A stretch of 64,000 nt of DNA. It comes from Paramecium tetraurelia. Lineage: Eukaryota. The stretch lies in NCBI GenBank assembly GCA_000165425.1, contig CT868031.1:1-64000 (forward strand), given 5' to 3'. The notes beneath the pieces are model-generated. The model made no database searches, was not told the origin of the DNA, and saw only the letters and a program-made list of their open reading frames with translations. The position numbers and the translations under genes were made by a program. Numbering within the stretch: position 1 is the stretch's first letter; each line of letters begins with the position of its first letter. Shown in pieces: positions 1 through 12,929 of the stretch.

Positions 1-46
1 ACCCCAAACTCAAACCCAAACCCAAACCCAAACCCAAACCCAAACC
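1..46 (+). repeat. Telomeric repeat tract (C3A3/C4A2), macronuclear chromosome end
   Basis: Tandem CCCAAA with one CCCCAA and one CTCAAA variant at the window start; a G3T3/G4T2 mix is characteristic of Paramecium telomeres. Confidence 0.95.
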
Positions 47-497
47 TTTATTTTAATATATGAAGAGAATTTGTTCCACATTATATGTATCTCTCATCAA
101 AGGCTGTAAGATGAACTAAAAATTTTAAAAATTCTATAATTTTCTTTTCCTATGATATTTTAATGAACAGATTTTTTTTAATTTCTTCATATTCATCCAT
201 CGAGTAATTCTGTTCATTAAATTCATGATCCTTCGTTTTTTTGAGAACATTGATAATTCTCTTAATGTTATTGTCTCCAACATTGACCATATATTTCTGA
301 CCAAAAAGCGATTATATTTCTACCTATTATATTTCTTATCCGACTTGCCTTAAATTTAGATCTTATGAAAGAAATTCTAGGCAGTCTTAAATTTTCTCTC
401 TTTTTAATATTTTAATTAGGTTAGGGAAGATTAAATCATCAACAACTTTAGATAAAGCCAAAACCCCATACAATTCTACTTTTTTGTTGCAATTCAT
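47..497 (-). pseudogene. 5' part of a Paramecium pentapeptide/WD40-repeat family gene, truncated by the telomere
   Basis: Open frame (ciliate code) MNCNKKVELYGVLALSK...KIIEFLKFLVHLTAFDERYIQCGTNSLHILKQ runs into the telomeric repeats with no TGA; family assignment is from recalled resemblance of the FLVHLTxxDExxIQCGxNSL motif. Confidence 0.65.
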
Positions 498-615
498 TTT
501 CTTTTTTTTTACAAAATAATTCTTAATTTCTATTATTTTATTTAAAGATTTTAAATTATAAACCAAAAACAGTTCGCATATTTTTAAAAGGAAGAATATC
601 AAAATTATTTTGAAT

Positions 616-2200
616 ATGATTGATTTTAATTATAATTAAACTTGTACAGAGCTTGATCTTTTATGAAAATAGAAATAAAAATACAAAACGAATTATTAAC
701 AATAACAGCACACAATCACCAAGATTTCTAAGTTTAAACAGCAATATTAAAGTTCAATTTCATGAAGGATTTAAATTCGGTGGATCTGCATATTGATTAA
801 CAATCTTTTTAGATTCATTTATGATTTAAAAGGAAGATTTAAAATTATTTTAATAGATTTTGGCATAATTAAATAAACAAGATAAAAGAAGATATGGATA
901 AACAATTTATAAAAATAAGTAAAGTTTGATAGCTTATAGTTTATAAAAGTTAATTTTCAATATATTATTTCTGCTTTATTATCTATTCATCAAATATTTG
1001 ATGCAGGAAATGTTTTAAGATTAAAAACTAATACGAAATATATTTAAATGATTTATCATCAATACTTTTTCTAATTTAATATGTAAAATAGAATAAAATG
1101 ATTCTATGATTCAAAAAGGTAGAACTATCGAAAAAATTAATTAGTAGTGGAATCGTTCCAAGAAATAGTAGGATAGAATATTTTCTGATTTAAGGATGAA
1201 GAGATAAGAAAAATAGGAAAAATTAAATTAATAGATTTCTATAATGACCAAAAAATAAGACTATTAATAAATTTAAATAAACTTCACTATAACACTTAAG
1301 TAATGAGGAATTACTTTAAAATATTAATGAAATGATTCTAAACGAAAAAAAAATTTTGGTTTCAGACTCAAGAATTGAGTATTTGAATTCTAAAGATACT
1401 TTATTTAAAAAAAGAGATTGAGAGCAAATTAGAAAATTTAAAATAACACGATCAATAGATATTTAAGAATCTATATATTTTGAAAGATGTATAGAGTAAT
1501 TAATTATGTTATATTTAGATGATAGCCAAATCTAGAGAATTGTTCAATTATCATAATGAATTAAAGGTAGTACAAAAGCAAATTAAGAATAACTAATCTT
1601 GAATAAGATTTAGATGAACTCATAAATTCTCAAAATATATTTATTGTTAAAAGAGTTTACTAAATGAATCAATTCAGAAATTTTAAGAACACTTTACAAA
1701 AATATAAACTTTGGGTAGCAAAATGCAATAAATCCCAGATAATTAACTTATTGCAAACTTAAACACTTAAACAAAAGATTATTAAAATACATTTGAAAAA
1801 GAATTTTCAATAGTTTATGAATTTTTGTGAAATATAAAAAGTTGAGAAAAATTTTGAAACGTTACAATAAGACTATAAGAAATTATAATTAGAGAGTATG
1901 AATATTTTCAATAAATTAGATAAACAATATTAGGAATCAATTGAGAAAGACTACTAATTGGAGATCTAAAAGTAGAATGAGATGACTGAAGAGCTTAAAT
2001 AACTTATAAAAGATACTGAATTTAAACTTAAATAGAAAGAGAGTAATTGTTAAATGAAAAGCTGAAATAGGAAATGCTAATAATGTTAATTTTCAATTAA
2101 AATTAAATGACTCGTAAGTTAAAAATGAGAATGAAATAAAATCACTAAATGAAAAGGTAAATTAATTGGAAATGTAATCTTTTTTTTTGCATCTATACTA
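616..2200 (+). pseudogene. Degenerate coiled-coil-like coding remnant
   Basis: Purine-rich K/E/Q-type coding-like stretches broken by TGAs and frame changes; no family recognised. Confidence 0.3.
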
Positions 2201-2399
2201 GATTGAAATTAAAATGAAAAATAATTTTTGATTAAGAATTTTATTTTCTATCCATTTAAAAACAAAAATTCTTTTCATCTTAAATATTTTTAAGGTAACA
2301 ATTTACTAATATATGTTAAATTAAAAATAGCCAAAATAATGAATTGTTATTAAAGTTTTCCTATTAATCGATGATAAAATAGCAATTCGAGAATAAAAT

Positions 2400-4320
2400 T
2401 TCAATGAATTATTAAAGAGTATTTGCTATTCAATTATTATTTTAGCCAATTGGCATCAGGAGATGCGAAAAATTACCATTTCAAGAGCAATTTCCTAAAT
2501 GATGCATAATATTTAGAATCAAAGGAACGACTAAACAATTAGAAGGGCATGAACAGTCTCACATTTAAATGCTGGTCAATTTCCCACTCATGTGATTCAA
2601 TGTATCTTCCTTTTATTAATGCTGCCTAGATTTGGAATGGAGGTGGGCTTTGCAGAAAGAAAAAGTACAGTAACAAAATAATATTACTGATGAATTCTGA
2701 TTTAATTATACAATATTTATAACTTGATTAATAATAATTGATAACCACCTCAACTGCCTTTAAGATCAAAAATAATTTTTATCCAATCATTTTAACTGTG
2801 AAATTGAAATAAATCAGTATCATTAAATTCATATAGTAGGAAAACTCCATTTTTAATTTATGTCATCCCTAATAAAGCTATACATCTTTCTAATTGATGA
2901 TTTGGGATGTTTTAAATATGTTATTTATAATGATTTTTTAGCCTTCAAGGTTACTCTATTATATCTGTCAATTATTATATTCCTTAATTGATAAAATCAT
3001 TTAATATATGGCCTACTTACCTGTATGTAATAATCTTTTATATATAATTTCCTAAATTCTGCTTTTTTATCAATTAAGTAAATGCAGTATCTCTAAGATT
3101 TCTACAAAGGTCCCTGACCCACTTCCTATTCATTGCATTTTTTATTGTAATTCATCTGCAAATTTATACAATCCAGATAATAATTCAGTACTGGATGATC
3201 AGCAAATATGGATTTCTACTATTTTATTTGGATAGAGAAGTGAGGTTAAAGGCAAAACTTTCCCATACTTATTGATTTGCATGAAATACCTTCAGATCTT
3301 TTATAATTTCATTTGTCCAATCTAATGATACATCACATCTTACTTTACCCAGACATCATATACTGATTTACAATTATATTTGAAAAATAAATTACTTTTA
3401 AGAAAATTATGTTTTGGATAAGCATTACTCTTAGATGATTCAACTATTATAATTTCCATCGCCATAAGAGCCTTGCATATAAGCTGAATGAGATTGATAT
3501 AGATGTGATAAATAGAATCTCTGTTTAGAGATAATACCAAATATATAAAAATGTCAAATGTGGAACTTGAGCACAATTTAGCTGATATACGGATAAATTA
3601 TCTCTCGACTGATTTGTTTGAATTTAGAATTGATAGGTGCTTAAGCATTTATAAATGGCACTCTGTTTACAAAAATTGACTCAGATAGTGGCCAATATTA
3701 CTTGGAATTTCATGTAAGTGAAACCTTCTCATAAAGTTTGAAATACTAATGAGTCATTTTTTTTGAGAAATGTAATGAAGTATTAGCGAAATTCAAACAA
3801 TGAGAATACATTAAAATATTTTTGGATCTATTTATTTAATTCTTGATTGGTCAGGGGATTTAAAAAATGTTGGAATAGGAAATGTAGATTAAGAATTTTA
3901 TAAGATTCCAGTAATGATGATAACCTAGAAAAGAGTAGATTTAAAAGTGAATATAGGTTTTGGCAAATCAAAAGTAAGAAGGAAGAATATTCAATTTTGG
4001 AAGTCTTGGTTGAATGGAACAGGTATATTTCACCAGATGGAAATGAAGGAATTACAACTTGAGAGTATCTCTAGATTTCGAATATTCATAAAATGACTCC
4101 TTAAAACACAGAACCTATTAACTAAATTTTCTTAAATCTTCTAAACGTTTATAAGTCTGATAATTAATTGAAGCAAAACAAAGTAAGGGAAATTAATAGT
4201 TATTTCTATCAAAAAGGTCAGAGGAGGAGTAATTCTTTCAATATGCTTATATCAAAGTCGAAAAATGAAGTGGTTCTGGATTTATAAATCTTGAAAATTT
4301 AATCAAGAAGTAGTCGATCA
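2400..4320 (-). pseudogene. Degenerate subtelomeric gene remnant, unknown product
   Basis: Protein-like segments (HEIPSNIGHYLSQFLQTECHLQMLKHL; FLQSPPPFQIQAALIKGRYIESHEWEIDQHL) in different frames separated by TGAs. Confidence 0.35.
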
Positions 4321-4549
4321 TTAAGTTAAGTTTTTCTTTTCCTTTTTCTTTCTAAGTGTCAATTACAAATTAATTTATCTTTCTCTTCTCTCTAATTCTA
4401 GCCTCTCTCCTTATTTTTCTGAAAGTCTTAAGCTTTTGAATTTGTCAATATTAAATCATATATTAACAATTTCGTGATCCTTGGAAAGATTTATCCTCAA
4501 AATAATGGTTTTGATCAAATATATTAAATAATTACAATCATATGCTAAA

Positions 4550-5860
4550 AGTAAAATGCTTCTTTATTAAAATTGTTTTTATATACAATTTATCAAACCG
4601 GCATTAAGATGATATTGTTTTCCTTTGAAGTCTCAATTTGCTTGGCAACAACCCTATCAACTATCAACATGTAGGCTATTGAGATTAAATCATTCACATC
4701 CCACAAGATCTGGGCACTAATTATTAATCTTTTATTCTTATCTACTATGTTTTGCATCACGTCGTATCTTTGAGCTCCTCAATAACTTAATCAAAAGATT
4801 TCAAAATAGGTTATCCCCTGATAATCCTAATATTAATCTAATTTTTTAATTCTCTAATTGCTCACATATTTAGATTCATTTTAAAAATCAATATATTACT
4901 TCATCTTTAAAGTCCCACTTTAAAATTACTTGAGAAAGTATGTCTCATTAGCAATACTATTAGCTTTCCTCAATACTCTTATTATATTATTAGATTTCAA
5001 GTTTTCTGATCAAATACTCCAAAAGAGCTTAGTTTCAACGCTGAATACAAAACCTATTTTAATCTGAGCCAATCCTTTTGTTACATCTCTTCTACCTAAC
5101 CACTTAATTTATTGAGCTGCTCTGAATCAAGATTTATCTCATATTCTAACACTCTCAGTCATGATGCCCTTTGATTAAATCAGATTTATCTTAACATACT
5201 TGCTATACTCCAACAATTTATCAATATTAAGTAATATCTAATCCTTCCCCTTCTAAAAGTTGCCAAAAATTGAAAATTATTGGATATATAGCCACATGAA
5301 AATCATTACTCAAGAATCATGATTCTAATAGTTAGGTTTATTTCAAATCAGAAAACTATACAATCTCTAGAAAATAATATTGCACATATCTTACTAAAAC
5401 AATTTTTATCTTTATTTTATTTGTTATATTGCCTGTAATCAAATATTTGACCACATTTGTTTCCCATTAGATTCATCTTATCTCTTCTTCTTGTTCCTTA
5501 ATTAAATTTGTCCTAATTTTGATTTCTTAGATTACTTGTATCCTTTTGAATTTCCTAATTCCTATTTTTTTACCAGACCTCAAACTAAACCTAAAGCTAG
5601 GGGTGACCTAGTAATTTTATCCGTATTGGATAGATAACTCTTCAAGAATGAAGAAATATACTTAACTCTCTATCACGCTTTGAACACTGTTAGCTTTGAA
5701 TTCACCCAAATCCTCTAAGGCTCTATAGAAAGAGTCAAATAATCAGATAAATTAGCTTAAGAGATATGCTAAAGTAAATTCTTATTCTATTTTCTCCATA
5801 ATAAAACAACAAAATTAATAATAGGTATAAACATTGTGATGATGTAACTAATTTGATAAT
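4550..5860 (+). pseudogene. Possible degenerate gene remnant
   Basis: Protein-like segments interrupted by TGA and frameshifts; strand uncertain. Confidence 0.2.
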
Positions 5861-6214
5861 AATGAAAAGATCGAATATATTTATACCAGCTAGTGATGAT
5901 GAATTGATGTATATATGTACAAATATCAAAATACATCTCTATTTTATGGATGATCAATATTGTTGTAAATCTTAACTCTTAAAGAAAAATGATTAAATCA
6001 AAACATTTTCCCTAAGATAGGACATTTTGATATGAGAATAATAAACAAATTGATTTGTAATCTTTTAAGGAAAAAGTGTGAGTTATTGTAAAATACCAAT
6101 CACAAAATGTAATAGAAAACATAATATTTATAGCACGAATCAAAATTATTAAGTCATAAAGTGAATAAACTTTTATAACAGAAAGTAATAAAATTAGGAA
6201 AAAATCTACAAAAA

Positions 6215-7207
6215 TCAAGAAAATAGATCAAGATTGGTTTGTTTCTTAGTTAAAATTTTTATTACAAAATCCTCTTTGACAGTTAATACTGGGGCTGAAT
6301 TGGATTTATAGATTCTTTTCTTATCCAATTTTAATTTTAAAGTTTTTTGGGCAACTTTAAATTCATTAATGTTCCATCTTAACACTTTAGTAATTGAAAT
6401 AATTTCCATAACTAATGCCAGTAAGAGGATCTATATTATTAATCCAATAAAGAAACTAAGTACAATTCCAATGATGCATGCAATAATAAAATTCTCATTT
6501 TCGTATATTATAACTCCGAGGGTAATCCCTAATCCATATAAAAAAAGGCTTAGTATTAAAAAGCTTAGCAAACAATATTTTTAATTTTTCGGAATTCTTA
6601 ACAGCTATGAAAATTCGTATTTTTATTCAAATTATACTTCACAATCAAAGGATTTTTTGCATAACTCACAAAAGACCTAAAGCATAAGTAGAAACCTACT
6701 CTATTTGCTGCTATTTCGTCAATTTTGTGATTTCTTAATAGCCAGGTTTTTAAGCAATCCTCATGAACATACTGAATAGAACCTTTGCATTCACATGGCT
6801 TAATAAATGCATTCATTTGACCATCCTCTAAGCATATTCTACATATCAGCTTATCAGTATTAATCTAATCAAAAATATAACTTACTTCAGCATGCTATAG
6901 ATGTAATTAACCTTTTTATGCTTAATTGTTCAAATACATTTTGACTTTTTTCACAGTCTAAGGATTAAGATTGACATGAATACTCTTGTTTTAAGTATCC
7001 TAGAAAAAGAACTGTAATTACTTTAACAACAATAGTTTGCATTAACATTTTTTGAGACTCAATTCTTGGAACAAAAAGTATCTAGCCAGTTTAAAATCCC
7101 AATTCAATTAAATCCTATTCCAAAGTATTATGCTATTATCCATTGTTTTCGCTCTAATCTAGAGATTATTACTTAACAAAGACTCTATTTTTATGGCAAA
7201 ATTACAT
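6215..7207 (-). CDS. RING-CH (RINGv, MARCH-type) transmembrane E3 ubiquitin ligase
   Basis: CRICLEDGQMNAFIKPCECKGSIQYVHEDCLKTWL...CELC followed by two hydrophobic segments; short introns. Confidence 0.9.
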
Positions 7208-7255
7208 ATATTATTTTATATCATAATATAAGTGAATAAGTATTCCTTTTTAAAA

Positions 7256-8805
7256 TCAAACTCTTTTAAAAAACATATCAATAAATTCTAAATATTCAAT
7301 TTCTCCATCGTAATCTCTATCAACTTCACTAATTAATAAGGAGCAATATTCCTTAGTGATGTACTTATAATTCTCTAGCTTAGATAAAATTTCCCATAAG
7401 TTTTCATTGGAAATTTTGCCTTTGTTATTCAAATCAAACATTTTAAAGGTTTTATATATTCTTTCTTCATCCACAAATACCCTTTTTTCTAATATCTAAT
7501 TCATAAAATCTAATATGAATTTAATTCGGCTATACCTAAATAATTAATGGTTCCATCTTCAGTCTAAATATATTTAAGTAACTTAAGAATTTCTTCATAT
7601 TCTTGATGTTTTTCAAGGGATTTTTAAATTAAATCAATTTTGATAAATCCACTACCTGTAGTGTCTAATTAATCAAAGATTATTCTTAGATTGTCAGCAA
7701 ATCCTTATTTGACTTAATCAGCAACATACCCCCTCATAATCTAAGTTAAAAATTTGTTACTTTTTAGAGAAAATTATTTTGAGTAAGCAATTTTAACTTG
7801 GAAAAGTTTAAGTCCAAAGTTTCTTCCTCTTCAGAAAATTATTAATTCATCCATAAATGTTTTTAAATCTAAAATATTTCGTATCTTTTATCTTGTGGTT
7901 TTAAGATTTTTTCAATGAGATCAGAGACAATTCCTTTTGTTTTTATTTGAATTTTATTATCTTGAATATTCTTATAAATTTCATTCTCATCTTTTCCATC
8001 AAAAGGCAATTCACCTGTAAGCAGTACATGCAAAATGACTCCGGATGCCCATATTTCACTCTTCTCTGTCAATTTTCCATTAAATATTTCTGGAGCTGTA
8101 AAATATAACTTAGAAAAATAGTTGATTTTATACTTTTCCTTATCGAGAGGTTTCAATAATTTGATTATTTGATTTCTTGAGATAATCATCAACATATATG
8201 AGTTAAAATCCAAGATCGATTAATTTGATATCAAGATTATTTATATCTCTATTAATGAAATGGAATGATTCAGGCTAGCAAATAAACTTTGTTAATTACT
8301 CTTAAATCCCTTTAACAAATTGCAGACCTATGTGCAATATTGAGAGAATTTATGATTTATTAAAATAGATATCTTGCCTCGCTTTATTTAAGATAATATC
8401 TCAATAAAATCTTTTCAAACAATGATCCTCCATCACAATATCTAAGTTATCTTTAGTCTTTACTCTAAAACAAAATAAAGGTTTTTATCATCCTCAAATA
8501 ATTCAATCAACCTCGTAATATTTTCATGATTCTAAATTCATTCAAATTTTACTAAATATCGCATTTAGTTAATTTCCTATTTGAATCTAGAATGATTGAT
8601 AACTTTAGTTTTTGGCACAACTCTAACAGTTCGAATTTAACCATCCTTTTTTTTCTCTTTGTATTTAATCACCAGACCATATTTTGAAGGACCTAATGAC
8701 TTAGATATCATATTTCGACATTACTTTTCTTCCATCTATTTCATAACGATCCTTCAATTTGTTTTATTTACTCCATGCAAACCATAAATTAGATAAATTT
8801 AACAT
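7256..8805 (-). CDS. Calcium-dependent protein kinase-like protein (kinase + EF-hands), probable pseudokinase
   Basis: LIELFEDDKNLYFVLEYCDGGSLF, ICQRDLRPES, IKLIDLG, YFTAPE, IWASGVILHVLLTGELPF; C-terminal EF-hands DLNNKGKIS and DRDYDGEIEYLEF. Confidence 0.9.
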
Positions 8806-8816
8806 AAATATTATTT

Positions 8817-9428
8817 TCACATTAGGACTAAAAATATATTGCAAACAAAAAATAGTAGAAATGAAAGCAGAAACAGTTAAAATTCTATTATATTGCCTTC
8901 GCCGATGCATTTTCCCACCCAAGGACAATGATGATCATAACCTCTAACACAAATGTCACATTCATAACAATGATGGGTTCCTAATTCTTTTTTGAGTTTG
9001 CATGGTTAACATGATTCTTGATTATATAAAATCGATACTCTCAGTTCTTGTAACTTCTGTTAATGTAAAATTGACTCCAGGGTTTTTTAGAAAAACTCTT
9101 AGAAAACTTACTTCCAATATTAAGCCACTGAGTATAGATGCTAAACTAGCCCAGATACCAGATTTGAGGTATATAGTAGTACTAATAAAATACGTTCCCA
9201 CTATTATAGAAACCATCACACATAGACTCAAAGGCCCTAGAGATATCAAAATGGCATACAGTGAGGACCTATCGTTATTTATGGTTGACCATCAGAAAAT
9301 TTAAACATAAAGGTATTTCCAAAATGTGGCTTAAATGGTTGGTCATTTTCTACTTCAAGGATACCATTTGTCTCTTCTTTTTGTATCTAACATGATTCCT
9401 CTTGAAAGAATGCTTCTTATTATTTCAT
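8817..9428 (-). CDS. DHHC palmitoyltransferase (short form)
   Basis: CQPCKLKKELGTHHCYECDICVRGYDHHCPWVGKCIGEGN; TM helices; 2 introns. Confidence 0.92.
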
Positions 9429-9468
9429 CCTCTTAGTCGATTTTACAATAATTATAAATAAATAATAT

Positions 9469-9844
9469 TCAAATCATTGCTGGATTTATCTAATTAAGAA
9501 ATAATTAGGTCTGATCTATGCATTGCTAGGCCTATTCCGTTAATTCCTCATTCATCATTCCTAATTCTACTACTTGATCAATCAATTTTTGATTGATTTC
9601 TTCCAATCTTTAAAATGTATTTGGTAACATGCTCTTTGATTCAACTAATAATTCATTCTATGATAGAATGGAGAATTTTTACTTGTTTCTTTAATTTTAA
9701 TGCATTTTCTTCATTATCTTCGATCCCTTATATAGCATTTTCAAATAATTGAATTTCATTTTTGTATGCTAAGTATTCTTTTTAAATTCTTTTGGATGCT
9801 GCCATCAATACTTTGATCTTTTTCTCTAAAGGTGCTTCAGCCAT
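9469..9844 (-). CDS. TBCA: Tubulin-specific chaperone A
   Basis: LEKKIKVLMAASKRIQKEYLAYKNE...LKKQNELLVESKSMLPNTFQRLEE matches the cofactor A pattern; 1 intron. Confidence 0.8.
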
Positions 9845-9991
9845 TTTAATTAATTTAATTATTTATGTATTCCTTTTAGTTAAATAGAGCACCTTCTGAA
9901 ATTATCATAAAATTTCTTTTATAATTTTTATAATCAATTCTGTTAAATTATTACTTCCCTTATTTGTATTATATATAAAATTTCATTTAAT

Positions 9992-12866
9992 ATGAAACGA
10001 AAGTACAACAAACTCTTTAAAACTGAGGTAGAATCAGATGCTTTTGGAGACCTTGAGACATTTCAAGACTTCGAATCAAAGTTAAAAACTTTTATTGATA
10101 ATTCTTCAAAATTCACTAAAGGGAAATAGAAAGTGTAAATTAAAGAATCAATTTCATAAACCGATTTAGACTTTTAATCTATTTTGTTAGATAAAATTAT
10201 AAGAAAATCAATGACTAAAAAAGACCTCAAAACAAAATATATAGATGTTTGTTCAGAATTTGGGATTGATTATTATCAATTACTTAAGCTCGAAACTCTA
10301 GAATTGAAATAAAATTATGCGATCCAATGTGCTACTAAGTCAATATCTAAAAGTTTAGAGACTTTGTTAGCCAAGTATAAACAGGAAAAGAACGAACCTT
10401 CTGTTCCAAATAGCAGTAAACAATTAGATCTGTATGGGTGGATGAAGGTGAAATCTCAATATAAGAAACTCAAGAAAATCCTACAATATGCTCTAGTAGA
10501 GCTTGTTTAATAAAATTCTAATCAGGATAAAGTAATTATTTGATAGTTATGTAAGATTAAAATGTTTTTTGCATACATTAATCATTTTATATAAAAACGA
10601 CACAAAACAACAGAGAGTCTAAATTTCAGTACTGCTCACACTTCAAGAATTCGTACATAGCAAAATTTTGAAGAGAAATTATATTTAGATCCTCCTCAAT
10701 TTCAATTTTCCAAGCCAGATCTATTTTTTGAATGGAATTAGGCAATTGAATAAGGCTTTTTTTTAAATGACAATAATATTCATAGAGTTGGATATGAATT
10801 AATGAAGAAACAAAATAGCAAGGGCGTTAATTATTAAAAGAGAGAAAAATTATTAGATTAATGTTAGGAAGGAAATTATTTGACTGCTGAAGAATTAAAG
10901 TATTTAGCATCAACTTCCTTTCTAATAAATAAATGTTTGGACAAGTAGTTTATTCAGAGAGCAATTAATTTTTTGGATTCTCAAGTAAATAGTATCTTGA
11001 AGTTTAGGTCATTCATTAAATTGAAATGAATATAGCTGAACAAATATTATAGACTTTTTATTATTTGAAGAAAAACCTTACCAAATATAGAAAGGAATGG
11101 TTAGAAAAAGTTAATATTGAGAAACGAAAGAATATTAGTAAAAACTAAAAATAGATATTATAGAAATCAATTCAGAGCTAAATTAAAAGAAAAATTAATT
11201 GCTTTCAAATTCGAACCAAATAAGAAATATCAAAAAGAAAATTATCAATTAATTAAGAGATGTTGCAAAGAAAAAACAGCTATAAAGTGAAGCAGAAAGA
11301 AAAAAAGAGAAATATTTAAGAATATAACGAAGAATGGGCAATCCATTAGCAAATATATATGTCCAAAAGTTCAAAGAAATTGTGCTTTAAGTGATAAGTA
11401 AAATTAGAGAAGTATTTAATTTGATTAAAATAGAAAAAAGTGTCAGATAAAGAAAGATAAAAGGAATTTTTGGAAAGGAATGAAGCTAAACCACCTCCAA
11501 AAGCCATTTACACCATTGGAAACGAAATATATGATGTAACTAAATCAAAGAGAGCTTTTCATCCACCTTCCAAAATAATGACAACTTTATCAGAAGATAA
11601 ATTTAAGGTGTAAAAGCCAGATATTTAGAAACAAGAGGTAAGGAGATATAAGTTAGGAATAAGAAATTATACAGTTACATAAGATCAATTTAAGAATTAC
11701 TATGCTGGTGGACCTTAATTACCAAGAAAATTTCAATCTCCAGAGTTATAACATTTAATTAAACATGATGATTCAGATACTAATTTTCCAAGAAAAAATA
11801 ATTGGATAACTTCAGAAGCAGAGGTTTAAGCTGCAAATAAGATCAAATTTGCTATTAAAAGGTATATCCAGAAGAAAGCCTTAAATAAGTTAATTGTAAA
11901 AAGTGAAGTAAAAAAAAACAGGGATATTGAAATTAAAATTAGAAAATGCATGTAAGCAAAAAAGTTCTTTGAAGAACTTCACAAAGAATTAGATAAAAGA
12001 TAAAGTGAAAGACTTAAAGATATTTCAAGTCATTAACCGCCAAAATTACCAATAGATAAACTTGAAAAGGTTCCATCTTCTGGTGCTTTGAGCATAGGTG
12101 TAAAAAGTAGTGGCCAAATTTCCTAAACGTAAAGGACAACTAAGAGGTTATAATCTCATAGATTAAGTCTTTATAAATATATGCCACCACAAGAAAAAGT
12201 TGACGAAAACTCATTGGTAATTGTAGCATTGTTATTAAGTTAAGGATACAGCTAGAAGGGCAGAACTAGAAATAAAGGAAATCGCCAGAAAAAAGAAATT
12301 GATGAAATTCTCTAAGCAAAAGGAAATGAGTGAGGCAAAATTGAAAAACAGGAAATTGATTGTTGCTGCTAAAATGAAGAATTTATAGGTCGCAATGACT
12401 TCAGGATTTTAATACAATCAAAGAGATACACAATTATGTGATAGATTTGGAAATACTCCACTTTATTATTGCGCTAAAAATGGAGATGAATTGTTTTGTA
12501 GATATTTACTCAATTTGGGTGCAAATGTGAATTAACAATGCGAGAATCTCAATACTCCATTGCATATGGCATTTTAATCAGAAAGCAAATAAATTATCAT
12601 TGATTTTATAAACAAAGGAGGTAATCTCAATATGGTCAATGCAGATAAATGTACTCCATTGGCATTTGGTTCAGAGGAATTATTAAAATCTTTGAATCTA
12701 TGCAATCTTGTTGCAACTGTAAGAAATTAACTATTTTTAGACAAAACATTAAAATTTAGAATCTGATAATAATAATGTATTTTCAAGGAAAGAAGCAAAA
12801 TGGATGGACTAATAATTTGAGGATGCATTAATATACGATAGATACAAATATAAAACAATAATTTGA
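9992..12866 (+). CDS. Large protein with an IQ-like motif and C-terminal ankyrin repeats
   Basis: DRFGNTPLYYCAKNG...LLNLGANVN...NTPLHMA...ADKCTPL; AANKIKFAIKRY. Confidence 0.8.
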
Positions 12867-12929
12867 TTATATATAATGAGTTATGAAGATAGATTTTAAT
12901 ATTTTAAATATTCAACATTAAATATTAGA

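Noticed and set aside
600..5950. In-frame TGAs as selenocysteine or Trp recoding
   Set aside because: They co-occur with frameshifts, no SECIS or redox motif was seen, and intact genes use TGA as stop
8805..8819. TGA readthrough fusing DHHC to the CDPK-like gene
   Set aside because: The 11-nt gap puts the two ORFs out of frame
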